UHGV virus genome: UHGV-0131723
Source of the DNA: a virus
Strand: one strand, 5' to 3'
DNA length: 41,571 nt
A program made the position numbers and the translations under genes. The notes under the pieces are model-generated. The model saw only the letters and a list, made by a program, of their open reading frames with translations. It was not told the origin of the DNA and did no database searches. This document shows positions 18,505-27,755 of this stretch, in pieces. Positions within the stretch are counted from its first letter, which is position 1, and the number at the start of each line of letters is the position of its first letter.

Positions 18505-18597
18505 GTTGACACTGGTTTTTAGATAGATTAAATTACACATCAACGGGGAGGGAATGACCTTCCCCACTAAATAAAGTCCTAAACTGGAGATTCCAAA
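18505..18597 (+). promoter_or_regulatory. Type A cassette
   Basis: TTGACA-N17-TAAATT + hairpin + RBS; duplicate of 17641-17732. Confidence 0.65.
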
Positions 18598-18801
18598 ATG
18601 GCTATTATTAATGGTTTAACCATTGAAACTACACACATCAAAGATATCAAAGTTGGTGATATAGTCCTTTCCCACGGCGTAGAAAAAACTGTCACTGCAA
18701 AGGATATCAAAGAGGATTCTTTCATGGGTAGGACTCTCTTCGGTGATTCTTATTGCTTAGGCTATCTTGCAGTTTTAAAAGTTGTCAAAAATAACAAATA
18801 A
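18598..18801 (+). CDS. Hypothetical small protein (cassette array)
   Basis: ORF track; cassette RBS. Confidence 0.55.
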   Translation: MAIINGLTIETTHIKDIKVGDIVLSHGVEKTVTAKDIKEDSFMGRTLFGDSYCLGYLAVLKVVKNNK

Positions 18802-18887
18802 AGTACTTTACAAGGGGCTTAAAAGTTGATAACTTAAGCCTCAGATAAAGAGCTTTACCACTAAATCCTAAACTGGAGATTCTAAAA
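18802..18887 (+). promoter_or_regulatory. Type B cassette
   Basis: GGGGCTTAAAAGTTGATAACTTAAGCCTC + AGATAAAGAGCTTTACCACTAAATCCTAAACTGGAGA. Confidence 0.6.
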
Positions 18888-19136
18888 ATGATGAACTACT
18901 TTAACATTCCCGATACCTGTAGATTATTGACACAAGAAGAAAATTTGGGTAAACCTTTCATTTACCACATGCCAGATAACACACCAAAAACTTATAGTTA
19001 CAATGTCAACCGTTTTACCGCATACGCTGCAAAGAACGGTTATAAGTTGGTCACTCAAAAAGTGATGCTGGTTACAATCGCTGACGAGGTTCCTACGGTT
19101 GCAGTTAAACTAATTTTCTCAAAGAAAGTTAAATAA
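18888..19136 (+). CDS. Hypothetical small protein (cassette array)
   Basis: ORF track; cassette RBS. Confidence 0.55.
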   Translation: MMNYFNIPDTCRLLTQEENLGKPFIYHMPDNTPKTYSYNVNRFTAYAAKNGYKLVTQKVMLVTIADEVPTVAVKLIFSKKVK

Positions 19137-19223
19137 AGTACTTTACAAGGGGCTTATAGTTCGATAAAGTAAGCCCCAGATAAAGAGCTTTACCACTAAA
19201 TCCTTAAACTAGGAGATTCAAAA
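19137..19223 (+). promoter_or_regulatory. Type B cassette
   Basis: Hairpin identical to the one at 15962-15990, then conserved RBS. Confidence 0.6.
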
Positions 19224-19766
19224 ATGAAATGCTATCACGGAACTACTCAAGAAAATTTCCTCAACCTGATTAATAACGGTGATAAACCATCAGGCGCATG
19301 GAATTGTTCGGATATGGACGGCAATTTTTACGTGTATCCAGAAAATAAAATCTATGGCGACGATGAGGAAGAAATAATCTCTGAAGGTATCCAGCAAGCT
19401 TTAGGCAATGCCACTATCACCGCAGCTTTCCAGATGAAGACACAAAATATTGTTATCCTAGAACTTGATATTCCAGAGGATGAACTAAACGATGATTATT
19501 CTTGTGATAATATGTCGAGTGTAGCAAGTTTTACAGAGTATTTTGATATAAATTGGATTAAAAAGGTCTATACAACAGAGTTTAACGCTATGTATTCACC
19601 TTTTTGTCTTCCTTCATTGGATAACCCAAATTTAAACTATCTTGATGAGACATTAGAACTACTTGCTAAAAGTGTTCAACAGTCGGACAGTATTCAGGTT
19701 TTTTGTGACATCATGGATACACTGACAGGAAACATCGCAGAAGAGGATTTAAAGGGTTTTTTCTAA
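19224..19766 (+). CDS. Hypothetical protein (cassette array)
   Basis: ORF track; cassette RBS. Confidence 0.55.
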   Translation: MKCYHGTTQENFLNLINNGDKPSGAWNCSDMDGNFYVYPENKIYGDDEEEIISEGIQQALGNATITAAFQMKTQNIVILELDIPEDELNDDYSCDNMSSVASFTEYFDINWIKKVYTTEFNAMYSPFCLPSLDNPNLNYLDETLELLAKSVQQSDSIQVFCDIMDTLTGNIAEEDLKGFF

Positions 19767-19832
19767 AAACCTATGCAATCACCTTATAAACACTATTCAG
19801 CCCCTGTAAGGGGCTTTTAAGAGGCTTAAATC

Positions 19833-20066
19833 ATGCTTACAACCATTTACCTCATCCTTTCTATTTGTAACGGTCATTCATGCGATTTTAAAGGGCTTGA
19901 GGAGTTTACAGGGAGTAAAGAAAATGCTGTTCAAGTGTGCCAGATAGCAAGGCAAGACTATCCCGCCAGTGATGATATACAATGTTACTTTAAGACAGAA
20001 GATGAAGAAGGTGTCTATTTTGACAGCGTAGATGGTCAGTATGAAATTATCATTGAAAAAGACTAG
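19833..20066 (+). CDS. Hypothetical small protein
   Basis: ORF track; preceded by GCCCCTGTAAGGGGC hairpin, not a cassette. Confidence 0.45.
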   Translation: MLTTIYLILSICNGHSCDFKGLEEFTGSKENAVQVCQIARQDYPASDDIQCYFKTEDEEGVYFDSVDGQYEIIIEKD

Positions 20067-20156
20067 ACAAGCCTGATAAAAATCTGTAAATTGTCAATCA
20101 ACGGGGAGGGAATGACCTTCCCCACTAAATAAAGTCCTAAACTGGAGAATCTAAAA
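20064..20156 (+). promoter_or_regulatory. Type A cassette
   Basis: TAGACA-N17-TAAATT + ATCAACGGGGAGGGAATGACCTTCCCC + RBS. Confidence 0.55.
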
Positions 20157-20498
20157 ATGGCTTATGTAACCGTAATTACCGATAAAGCTGGCGCATCTTG
20201 GTCAACTCAGGTCAGTGATAAGATGTCACCTATGCAGTGCCTAAAATACTTTGAACAGTGGAATAAAGGCGAGGACACAAGCCCCTTTCAAGTGATGCAG
20301 ATTATCCATGTAGACAACGAAGGGAATAAAACGACGCTGAATAGTGAGTACTATGCAAGCCGTTTTGAAACGAGAAGTAAAACAATGAAACTTTTACGTG
20401 AATCCGGTTATGCCCATATCGCCGCGTTAATCTGGGATGACCTGCTAAAAAGTCAGCGTATCAGCTATGTAAAACCTGAAAAAATATTCATCAGTTAA
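20157..20498 (+). CDS. Hypothetical protein (cassette array)
   Basis: ORF track; cassette RBS. Confidence 0.55.
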   Translation: MAYVTVITDKAGASWSTQVSDKMSPMQCLKYFEQWNKGEDTSPFQVMQIIHVDNEGNKTTLNSEYYASRFETRSKTMKLLRESGYAHIAALIWDDLLKSQRISYVKPEKIFIS

Positions 20499-20530
20499 TC
20501 AATGACTTACAAAAAACTTTTAAAAAAGTG

Positions 20531-20560
20531 TTGACAATACCCCTTGACATTGGTAACTTT
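20531..20560 (+). promoter_or_regulatory. Two closely spaced TTGACA -35-like hexamers
   Basis: TTGACA at 20531 and 20544; no convincing -10. Confidence 0.3.
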
Positions 20561-20627
20561 GTTCGAGGGGGTTTATCTAAAAGGGATTAACTTAAAAGAT
20601 TCTTTATAGATAAGCTTAAAAAATTGC

Positions 20628-20716
20628 TTGCAATCAGCTATCAAAACAAGTAAATTACTAATCAACGGGAGGGATGACCTCCCCACTAAATAAAGTCCTA
20701 AACTGGAGATTCTAAA
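20628..20716 (+). promoter_or_regulatory. Type A cassette (variant hairpin)
   Basis: TTGCAA-N17-TAAATT + ACTAATCAACGGGAGGGATGACCTCCCC + RBS. Confidence 0.6.
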
Positions 20717-21247
20717 ATGAACAAATTTCAAGCTATCAACTTCATTCGTTCAAATGCTGTAATGTCTAAGCCTGTAAAAGATACATACGAATTTCGTTGT
20801 AATGGGGTACATTTCGCAACAATCACCAAATCAGAAAACGGGGCTTATTACGTTCATCGTCGTAATGTCTCAACCGTTGTAGTCTCTCACTTTATGCAAG
20901 CTGTAGCGGAATTATTACCGTTATTCTTAGAGATTTATCTAGATGAGTGTAAAAACGTTCACAACCACGTTAAAAACCTTTTAAACGGTTATAAAATGGC
21001 TTATGAACGTTCTATCAAGTCACTAAACAAGTTTTACAATGCACCTGCAAATACTGTTTCAATGGCTTATGATGTAAACGGTGAGTTAGTTAGTCTCTTT
21101 AAAGTGGAAGAAATTAAACTGTATAATTTACGTCCTAGTGGTTACTCTAAGACTCTCGGTGAAGGTTTATCCTTCAATATCAAGAACTTAGAAAAAACTT
21201 TAAAAGACATTGAAAAAGATATTGACGAGACACTTAAAAGTCTGTAA
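20717..21247 (+). CDS. Hypothetical protein (cassette array)
   Basis: ORF track; cassette RBS. Confidence 0.55.
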   Translation: MNKFQAINFIRSNAVMSKPVKDTYEFRCNGVHFATITKSENGAYYVHRRNVSTVVVSHFMQAVAELLPLFLEIYLDECKNVHNHVKNLLNGYKMAYERSIKSLNKFYNAPANTVSMAYDVNGELVSLFKVEEIKLYNLRPSGYSKTLGEGLSFNIKNLEKTLKDIEKDIDETLKSL

Positions 21248-21313
21248 ATTGTCAATCAACGGGGAGGGAATGACCTTCCCCACTAAATAAAGTCCTAAAC
21301 TGGAGTTATCAAG
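21223..21313 (+). promoter_or_regulatory. Type A cassette
   Basis: TTGACG-N16-TAAATT inside 3' end of upstream gene + hairpin + RBS. Confidence 0.55.
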
Positions 21314-21577
21314 ATGGAAAACGTAGAATTAACCACACTTTTACAAATTGCAACCGACAAAGAAGATGTAGCATTATTTCACCGTATCGAAAGTGATTTG
21401 TTCAATGGTGAAATCATCAAAGAATCTTACGAAGTTGTCGGATTCAAAGATGGTAAAGCGTTTGGCTTTTTTGACCTCGATAAAGGCAACGCTGTTACAA
21501 AGTATGATGTTGTATCTTGTGAGATTCTTACAAAATACAACGAAAAAAGGCTTGCAACATACGCCAATATGCAGTAA
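21314..21577 (+). CDS. Hypothetical small protein (cassette array)
   Basis: ORF track; cassette RBS. Confidence 0.55.
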   Translation: MENVELTTLLQIATDKEDVALFHRIESDLFNGEIIKESYEVVGFKDGKAFGFFDLDKGNAVTKYDVVSCEILTKYNEKRLATYANMQ

Positions 21578-21643
21578 ATTACTAATCAACGGGAGGCGAT
21601 AACCTCCCCACTAAATAAAACCCTTAAACTAGGAGATTCAAAA
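21552..21643 (+). promoter_or_regulatory. Type A cassette (variant hairpin)
   Basis: TTGCAA-N17-TAAATT + ACTAATCAACGGGAGGCGATAACCTCCCC + RBS. Confidence 0.6.
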
Positions 21644-21892
21644 ATGGCAACTATCCGCGCTACTGTTAACGAGTTCGGTTTTTCCTCTCTGGATGTTAAA
21701 TTTGACATTGCAGGCACTGATAACGCCTTTGAAATGGTGAAATGTCTTATCAGTCAGACCATCAAAGACTATAATCCTTCGGATGAGTTCTGGGAGGAAA
21801 CAAAACAAGAAGTTCTCAAGGATGGTTATACTTATCACTATTGGGGAGAAAAAATCGTCTCCCTGTACTACAACAAACAAGATTATAACTAA
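21644..21892 (+). CDS. Hypothetical small protein (last cassette-array gene)
   Basis: ORF track; cassette RBS. Confidence 0.55.
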   Translation: MATIRATVNEFGFSSLDVKFDIAGTDNAFEMVKCLISQTIKDYNPSDEFWEETKQEVLKDGYTYHYWGEKIVSLYYNKQDYN

Positions 21893-21930
21893 TCGACGCA
21901 GCGGGGCTATTTAGCCCCAGATACCCTAAC

Positions 21931-21956
21931 AGCCCCTATTTAAAGGGGCTTTTTTA
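21931..21956 (+). terminator. Rho-independent terminator closing the plus-strand block
   Basis: AGCCCCT-ATTTAA-AGGGGCT + TTTTTT; preceded by a GGGGCTATTTAGCCCC hairpin. Confidence 0.65.
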
Positions 21957-22299
21957 CGTCTATCGAATCCTTATACAATCCCTTTCCCTCACCTTTCCAG
22001 AATCTTATCAGACCTTAAAAGCAATAACTCTATAGTCTACTCTATAACCTCTTATCAAATCAACTTAAATATAAGCCCATAACCCGAAAGGGAAGGGCAA
22101 CCCCTTAAACGCTCTATAACGCCCTATAACAGCCTTATCAACCTAACTTAAGGGGTTGCATTAACTCACCCTAAAAAGCCCTTCCTAGAGCTTCCCAGAG
22201 ACTTAAAAGAATCTTATAAGGGTGTAAGCTTTATCATCTCATTAGTATTCTTGTGAATAACTAAACAACCCCTTGATAGTCACTAAAAAGTATGTTATA

Positions 22300-22386
22300 G
22301 GGGCTTTAAAGTTACGTAAAAGGGGCTATAAAGTTACGTAAAAGGGGCTATAAAGTTACGTAAATGCTAGCCCCCTTAACATTTTC
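22300..22386. repeat. Four tandem copies of a 22-bp unit
   Basis: GGGGCT(T/A)TAAAGTTACGTAAAA x4, head to tail. Confidence 0.8.
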
Positions 22387-23350
22387 TTAACAATTTCTTA
22401 ACAATCCCTACATAGTTATGCTTTTAAGGCACTTGTTAGCAACTTGTTAGCCCCTTGTTAAATCTCTGTTAAAACCACGTAAAAGCCTTGTAAGAACCTT
22501 TGACATAGCCTTTAAAGCCCCTGTAAAGCCCTATAAAGAGGTATCTGTACAGTTGGGGTGTAATTACTAGGAAGAGGTTTAAAAGAGCTTACAAGGGGCT
22601 ATAGAGAGCTTTTAAGAGGTATGTTTAAAGAATCACTAAGAAAGGAAAGGGAACGATAAGGAAAGAGTAGTGACCATGTTAATAGATTGTTAAAAAGATT
22701 AAACACTTGTTAGAAACTTGTTAATTATCTTAACAAAATAACTCTTAAAAATTAACTTGTTAGCTCTTGTTAGTCATCTGTTAAGATTCTGTAAAGCCTA
22801 TTCAGCACTTGTTAGAAAACTGTTACGCTCTTGTTAGTTCTGTTAAGAATCTGTTAAGACCTTTGAAGAGATGTTAAGAAGATGTAGTAACTGTTAAGAG
22901 ATTGTTAAGGATATTTTAAAATTTTGCAAAGTACTTGTAAGGGAGCTGTTAAGGGCTACCAAGCAGATATACATCTTCTACAGATATTTTTCAGTTCCTT
23001 CAAAGACCCTAAAAAATGACTTGATAGTCCTATTTTATAAAAATTTTAAAAATCTGAATAATTACCTATACAGTCTTTCTAAAATACAGGTAATAACAGG
23101 CTTATAAGATACCTTGTTAGTACCGTGTTAGACCTTGTGAGATAAGGCCTGTAAAGATATTCCTGTTAAGTTTGTTAAAACAGTCTATATAGAGGCTTAG
23201 TAGCACCTAGTGAACACCTATAGAGAGTGTCATAGCTGACATAGAGATTAAGAGGTGTATAGGAGCTTCTAAGAGTGTATAGAGAGATGGTTAAGGTGAT
23301 TGTATAGGTTGTTAAGAAGGCTTGTTAGAGGGCTTGTTAGAAGGATTATA
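22380..23350. repeat. Dispersed short-repeat field
   Basis: More than 25 copies of (C)TTGTTA(G/A)/CTGTTAAG (some inverted as CTTAACAA), often 8-12 bp apart. Confidence 0.7.
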
Positions 23351-23535
23351 CAGAGGGGCTATTAAGACCACTAGGTAGTTACTAAGATACTATATAGTAC
23401 TATATAACTATATAGAGAGTAAGATTAAAAAGGTTGTTAAGAAGGATAGATATTTTGTTCACATATGATGGTGACCCAGAGGTTGGGACAACCGATAAAA
23501 TTTTATAAAAAATATAAATTTCGTAAATTTTACTC

Positions 23536-23562
23536 AATAAAAAGCCCCCAATTAAGGAGGCT
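23536..23562 (-). terminator. Rho-independent terminator closing the minus-strand block
   Basis: On minus strand AGCCTCC-TTAATT-GGGGGCT then TTTTATT. Confidence 0.55.
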
Positions 23563-23573
23563 ATTAAGATATT

Positions 23574-24167
23574 TTAAATCAGTGTTTCCAGAACTGTTTT
23601 TAATGATGACTTGGTTGTCTGATAAAAATGAGTGAATCCGTTGTTGTTATCAAATACCTGCATCATGATATCATCTCCCTTGATTGGATACACTCGGATA
23701 TCATAGTGAAACCCATTAAAGACAGCAGAACCATTACAGAATACACTAAAATCACTTGCTGAGATATACTCTTCATGACCTGTGATTTTTATACAAACAC
23801 CTTTACTCGGTCTCTTAGGATTGATATCTTCCATCACAGACATACTCTGTCCACCAAGAGATACCATAGTGACTACTTTACGGTTCTTCTGTCTAAAGTA
23901 CATCTTAACTTTCTGCAAAGTGTCTTCATAGAACGGATAAGACCTTTCTACAAAGATTCCTTCAAGTGGCTCTTTACCATTTTCAACTTCTCTGTTATGC
24001 CGTACTGCAAAGATAATTTGTTCGAACCAGTCAAGATTTTCTTCGGAGAGTGCTTCCCGAATATCACTCCAATCAAGGACTAGGTAGTTACCTTCAACTT
24101 CTTTTAAGTTATCTTTTTCCATAGCTATCACACCATTATCGTAAAACTTGGTAAGCTGGAACTGCAA
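23574..24167 (-). CDS. Hypothetical protein
   Basis: ORF track; last gene of minus block. Confidence 0.5.
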   Translation of the reverse strand: MQFQLTKFYDNGVIAMEKDNLKEVEGNYLVLDWSDIREALSEENLDWFEQIIFAVRHNREVENGKEPLEGIFVERSYPFYEDTLQKVKMYFRQKNRKVVTMVSLGGQSMSVMEDINPKRPSKGVCIKITGHEEYISASDFSVFCNGSAVFNGFHYDIRVYPIKGDDIMMQVFDNNNGFTHFYQTTKSSLKTVLETLI

Positions 24168-24600
24168 ACTTGTTGCCGTTGTTCTTAATGAGGTCTTCTT
24201 CTGTTACTAAGAATGTAATCCCACACAAGTGTGTGTAGTGGCTATCATACTCAAATATTTTAAGTAAGTATTTACCATCGTGATAAACAGATTCTACTAC
24301 ACCTTTTGCAACAATCTTTCCAGTCTTGAAATCTTTAAGAGGGTATACATTACCAACTTTAGGGACTGTTTTCATCTCAGGTTCTTTTAGTTTCTCACCA
24401 GCTTCTACATCACCTAGTAAGTGAGAACTTTCAAACGCTACATATTGCATATAGGCTTCTGAGCATTCCCAGATAAAACAATGTACAAGAACCTTAGCAG
24501 CATGTCTTGAGCAATTTAACTTATCACAAATTTCTTTGTACATTTCGTCTTTAGTTGAGTTGTCAAGCATTGCTTTTCGAACTGTTTCTTTAACTTTCAT
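24136..24600 (-). CDS. Hypothetical protein
   Basis: ORF track. Confidence 0.5.
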   Translation of the reverse strand: MKVKETVRKAMLDNSTKDEMYKEICDKLNCSRHAAKVLVHCFIWECSEAYMQYVAFESSHLLGDVEAGEKLKEPEMKTVPKVGNVYPLKDFKTGKIVAKGVVESVYHDGKYLLKIFEYDSHYTHLCGITFLVTEEDLIKNNGNKFAVPAYQVLR

Positions 24601-25018
24601 AAGCTCTCCGAATAACCCTATTAAGCATCTCTAAAGTCAGCTTTCCAGATTCTAAATGTGGCATAACAAGCTTTAAAGCTTTTTCAACATCATGCACAAC
24701 ATCTATTATACCTTCTGCATAGGCTTCTACAAGGATATCTTTTACATTTTGTGATTTACCTTTTTGTGGTATCACTAGACGCATATCAAACTCATTTGCT
24801 TGAGGGTGGTCACTACCACGCCAGTAACCATCTTTGTTAAAGCTGATGTAGTTACCGTGGTAAAAGTGTATACCATTAGCTTTAAACTTTTCCAGCACAA
24901 GGCATTGAATTGGATATTCAGTATTCCAATCCCTGACCCCTATAGCCTTCACTGTTGCGATGTACTTCTGTGTTTTTGCATCTATGATGTCAAGTTCTTG
25001 ACCAGCTATGATTTGCAT
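24590..25018 (-). CDS. Hypothetical protein
   Basis: ORF track. Confidence 0.5.
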   Translation of the reverse strand: MQIIAGQELDIIDAKTQKYIATVKAIGVRDWNTEYPIQCLVLEKFKANGIHFYHGNYISFNKDGYWRGSDHPQANEFDMRLVIPQKGKSQNVKDILVEAYAEGIIDVVHDVEKALKLVMPHLESGKLTLEMLNRVIRRAYES

Positions 25019-25071
25019 ATTCGCTACCTTCTAAGTTTCTATAAAGGGGCTATCAAGTAACCCCTAAGTTA

Positions 25072-25272
25072 TTACTCAGGCTTTTCAGTCTTCTTCTCAG
25101 CTTTCTGTTCAGGCTCCTTCTCAGAAGTTGCCTTGATAACCATATCAAGAAGTTCTGATAAGTCGCTCTTCAGCAAAGTAACAGGCTGCTCGTTGTAGAA
25201 GTTTTTGTCAAGATAAACTTTGAACTCTTCTATAGAAGGAAATCCAAAAATTGGTACAGGTGTCTTAATCAT
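25072..25272 (-). CDS. Hypothetical small acidic protein
   Basis: ORF track. Confidence 0.4.
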   Translation of the reverse strand: MIKTPVPIFGFPSIEEFKVYLDKNFYNEQPVTLLKSDLSELLDMVIKATSEKEPEQKAEKKTEKPE

Positions 25273-25348
25273 TACTTAGTCTCTCCATAGGCATCTTTTA
25301 AGATTGCCTTGTTAATCATTTCAGCGATTGCAAAACGAACACATACAG

Positions 25349-25852
25349 CTATAATTGTAGGTTGCATTCTTTACTTACCTCTTCAAGTTTAACCTCAGAA
25401 TCCTTAAGTCGTTTCTTATGAACTCTGAACCTCATTAGTGAGATGATGATACCAGCTAAAGGAACAGTATACAAGTACCAGATGTCATGTAGCTTTGCAG
25501 TAATCTGTGTAATTGTCAAGTCTTGAACTATGTAGCTGATTGCTGATACAGCTAGTAATGTTGCTAAGAAGAACACTAGTATCATAACAATATTCAGACA
25601 ACCTCTGGTATGGTATTCATGCTTAATGCACTTATTCTTCTCTTCAACAACCCTGTTGTAGTCGTTTGTAAAGTCTCTGTAGAAGGCTTTCAAGTATTCT
25701 TGACTGTAGCCTTCAAAGCAACCTGTACCATACCAATAATCACCACCAAAATGTGCTATGATACCGGTATCCCCATTTGGTTTGGTTACTCTCAAAGAGG
25801 TGTGATGACGAGTATCTTGATAGTCTATTTTGTATCTTTCTTCATAAATCAT
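25349..25852 (-). CDS. Hypothetical membrane protein
   Basis: ORF track; two hydrophobic segments in C-terminal half. Confidence 0.5.
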   Translation of the reverse strand: MIYEERYKIDYQDTRHHTSLRVTKPNGDTGIIAHFGGDYWYGTGCFEGYSQEYLKAFYRDFTNDYNRVVEEKNKCIKHEYHTRGCLNIVMILVFFLATLLAVSAISYIVQDLTITQITAKLHDIWYLYTVPLAGIIISLMRFRVHKKRLKDSEVKLEEVSKECNLQL

Positions 25853-26067
25853 TTTCCAATCCCTCTCAATCGTTTATTCCACTCAAGGTCAACAAGTCTT
25901 TGCAGGACTTTCCCTCTAGGTGTTACACCTTTTAAATCTGCATCGTAGCAACGGTAAAAGTCACCTTCAGCGTGTTTACCATAGCATTTTCTGATATTCT
26001 GACTCCTACGATATTGTTCTAATAGGGACAGTTTGTAGTAATCTTCAACTGTAGTTAGTTTTTTCAT
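25849..26067 (-). CDS. Hypothetical small protein
   Basis: ORF track; overlaps neighbour start. Confidence 0.45.
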   Translation of the reverse strand: MKKLTTVEDYYKLSLLEQYRRSQNIRKCYGKHAEGDFYRCYDADLKGVTPRGKVLQRLVDLEWNKRLRGIGK

Positions 26068-26139
26068 TTTTCACCACGCATCTTCTTAAGAAGCTAAAAA
26101 GGGAACTACCTCTCGATAGCTCCCATTATAGTCAATATT

Positions 26140-26730
26140 TTATACTCGGCAAGAGTACTTCTTAGGCATTAATGCACTGCGTTTGCTACTTTCTTCACTC
26201 AATAGTGCGATAAAGTCATCACCTTTACCTTTCCACGGGCTGAATGAAGGGATATGCTCACGAATAGCCTCAATAACCGTCTTAAGTGCTGTATTTTTCA
26301 TCCACCAATCAGAATCTGCTGATGCCACTACGTAGTATCCACCTTCATCAGTCAGAATTGGCTCTGAGATACATGGAGAAATCAAAGTTGTGATGATTGA
26401 ACCATTGTTCATGTAGTATGTACGCTTAATAACCTTTTCAAGAAGCTTGTGTAGGTCACCAAACAGTGTGACAAGCTCTTTATGGTCAATGTCTTTTTCG
26501 AGGCTTGCTCGATACTTCAATAGTGCAGCATCAACTTCTCTGTCATTGAATTTGAAGTACTGGACTTCCTCAACAAGACAAACGCTGATGTTGTTAACAT
26601 TCATAGTCAACTTGCAGACTTTTGCAGGAGAATTGATATTTGGTTGAAAAAGTGCAATACACCCTTCAATGTTTCCAAAATGTTGTACTAATGTCACTTG
26701 TGGAGTGATACTCTGTTGCTCTTCGGACAT
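26140..26730 (-). CDS. Hypothetical protein
   Basis: ORF track. Confidence 0.5.
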   Translation of the reverse strand: MSEEQQSITPQVTLVQHFGNIEGCIALFQPNINSPAKVCKLTMNVNNISVCLVEEVQYFKFNDREVDAALLKYRASLEKDIDHKELVTLFGDLHKLLEKVIKRTYYMNNGSIITTLISPCISEPILTDEGGYYVVASADSDWWMKNTALKTVIEAIREHIPSFSPWKGKGDDFIALLSEESSKRSALMPKKYSCRV

Positions 26731-27074
26731 TACAGTTTCCTCATTAAATACTTTTTAAGTTGTGTGTTAGGTTTCTCAAAAACTTCTATAGAAGATATCT
26801 TGACAGATTCACCACGCATACCTGTATGTTTGAATATATAGTACTCTAACATCCCTATATACTTTGCTGGTAAGTCATGCTTGACATACACCGTTACAGA
26901 ATCTTCAAATTCAACAACCTTTGTACCATCTTTGTAGTTAAACTCTTTAGGATGGTTATAGTTGTCGATGTCGTACATTAAAAAGAGTCTTTTCCGTTGC
27001 ATATCAAGCTTATTGGTTAAAGACTCTTTGATATCTGAGAAGTTTTTGTACACTGTGACATGGAGCTTACTCAT
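26730..27074 (-). CDS. Hypothetical protein
   Basis: ORF track. Confidence 0.5.
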   Translation of the reverse strand: MSKLHVTVYKNFSDIKESLTNKLDMQRKRLFLMYDIDNYNHPKEFNYKDGTKVVEFEDSVTVYVKHDLPAKYIGMLEYYIFKHTGMRGESVKISSIEVFEKPNTQLKKYLMRKL

Positions 27075-27360
27075 CGTTAAACTCTCTGACGAAGAAATAG
27101 TTGACTTTGTTATTACCTACCATAAGGTCAAAGCAGGTGTTCTCAAAAGGTTTGTTGTAGGCATCATATGACGTGTACGTATCAGCTACTTGTTTGGTAT
27201 TAAGCTTTTTACTTGATGGGTTTAAGAGGCCACCATACAGTTTCTTGATAGCCTCTTCTACAACAGACCAGATGATTTCGTCAGTAATTTCTTCGTACAG
27301 GTCAAGTTCACGCTCTAGTGAGAAGTCACAAATAGGGAAAATAACCTGCACTTTACTCAT
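27067..27360 (-). CDS. Hypothetical protein
   Basis: ORF track. Confidence 0.5.
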   Translation of the reverse strand: MSKVQVIFPICDFSLERELDLYEEITDEIIWSVVEEAIKKLYGGLLNPSSKKLNTKQVADTYTSYDAYNKPFENTCFDLMVGNNKVNYFFVREFNDE

Positions 27361-27755
27361 TAACGAATAACCTGTGAGACTTGAATTGCTTCAGTTACTG
27401 ATAAGTCACCTACTTTCTCTTCTTTGATAAAAGTGAAGGTGAGTTCAACAGGTTCTTCTTCTTCTTGCTCAACCGGAATACCGTTAAGCTCATCAAAGAT
27501 TGATTGAGTTGTCCAGTCTTCTCCACCATCTGGGTAGTGGATTGCGTAAAGAGGGAACTCTAAATTATACCAAGCAAAAACAGGGCAACCATCTGCATCA
27601 TCTCGACATCTGTGGAGATATGTGTTTGTACCTTCAAAATGCAAATGGAGATTGCCATTCTTCTCAAAGAGAAGAGCATCTTGCAGGTCTAGTTCCTCAT
27701 TTTCGCTGTAACGGCTGACATCAACTTTAACGTGAATATGACTGTTATTATTCAT
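27360..27755 (-). CDS. Hypothetical acidic protein
   Basis: ORF track. Confidence 0.5.
   Translation of the reverse strand: MNNNSHIHVKVDVSRYSENEELDLQDALLFEKNGNLHLHFEGTNTYLHRCRDDADGCPVFAWYNLEFPLYAIHYPDGGEDWTTQSIFDELNGIPVEQEEEEPVELTFTFIKEEKVGDLSVTEAIQVSQVIR

Noticed and set aside
22300-22386. Possible CRISPR array (22-bp tandem repeat)
   Set aside because: The repeats are directly abutting with no spacers, and there are no cas genes; this is a simple tandem repeat.
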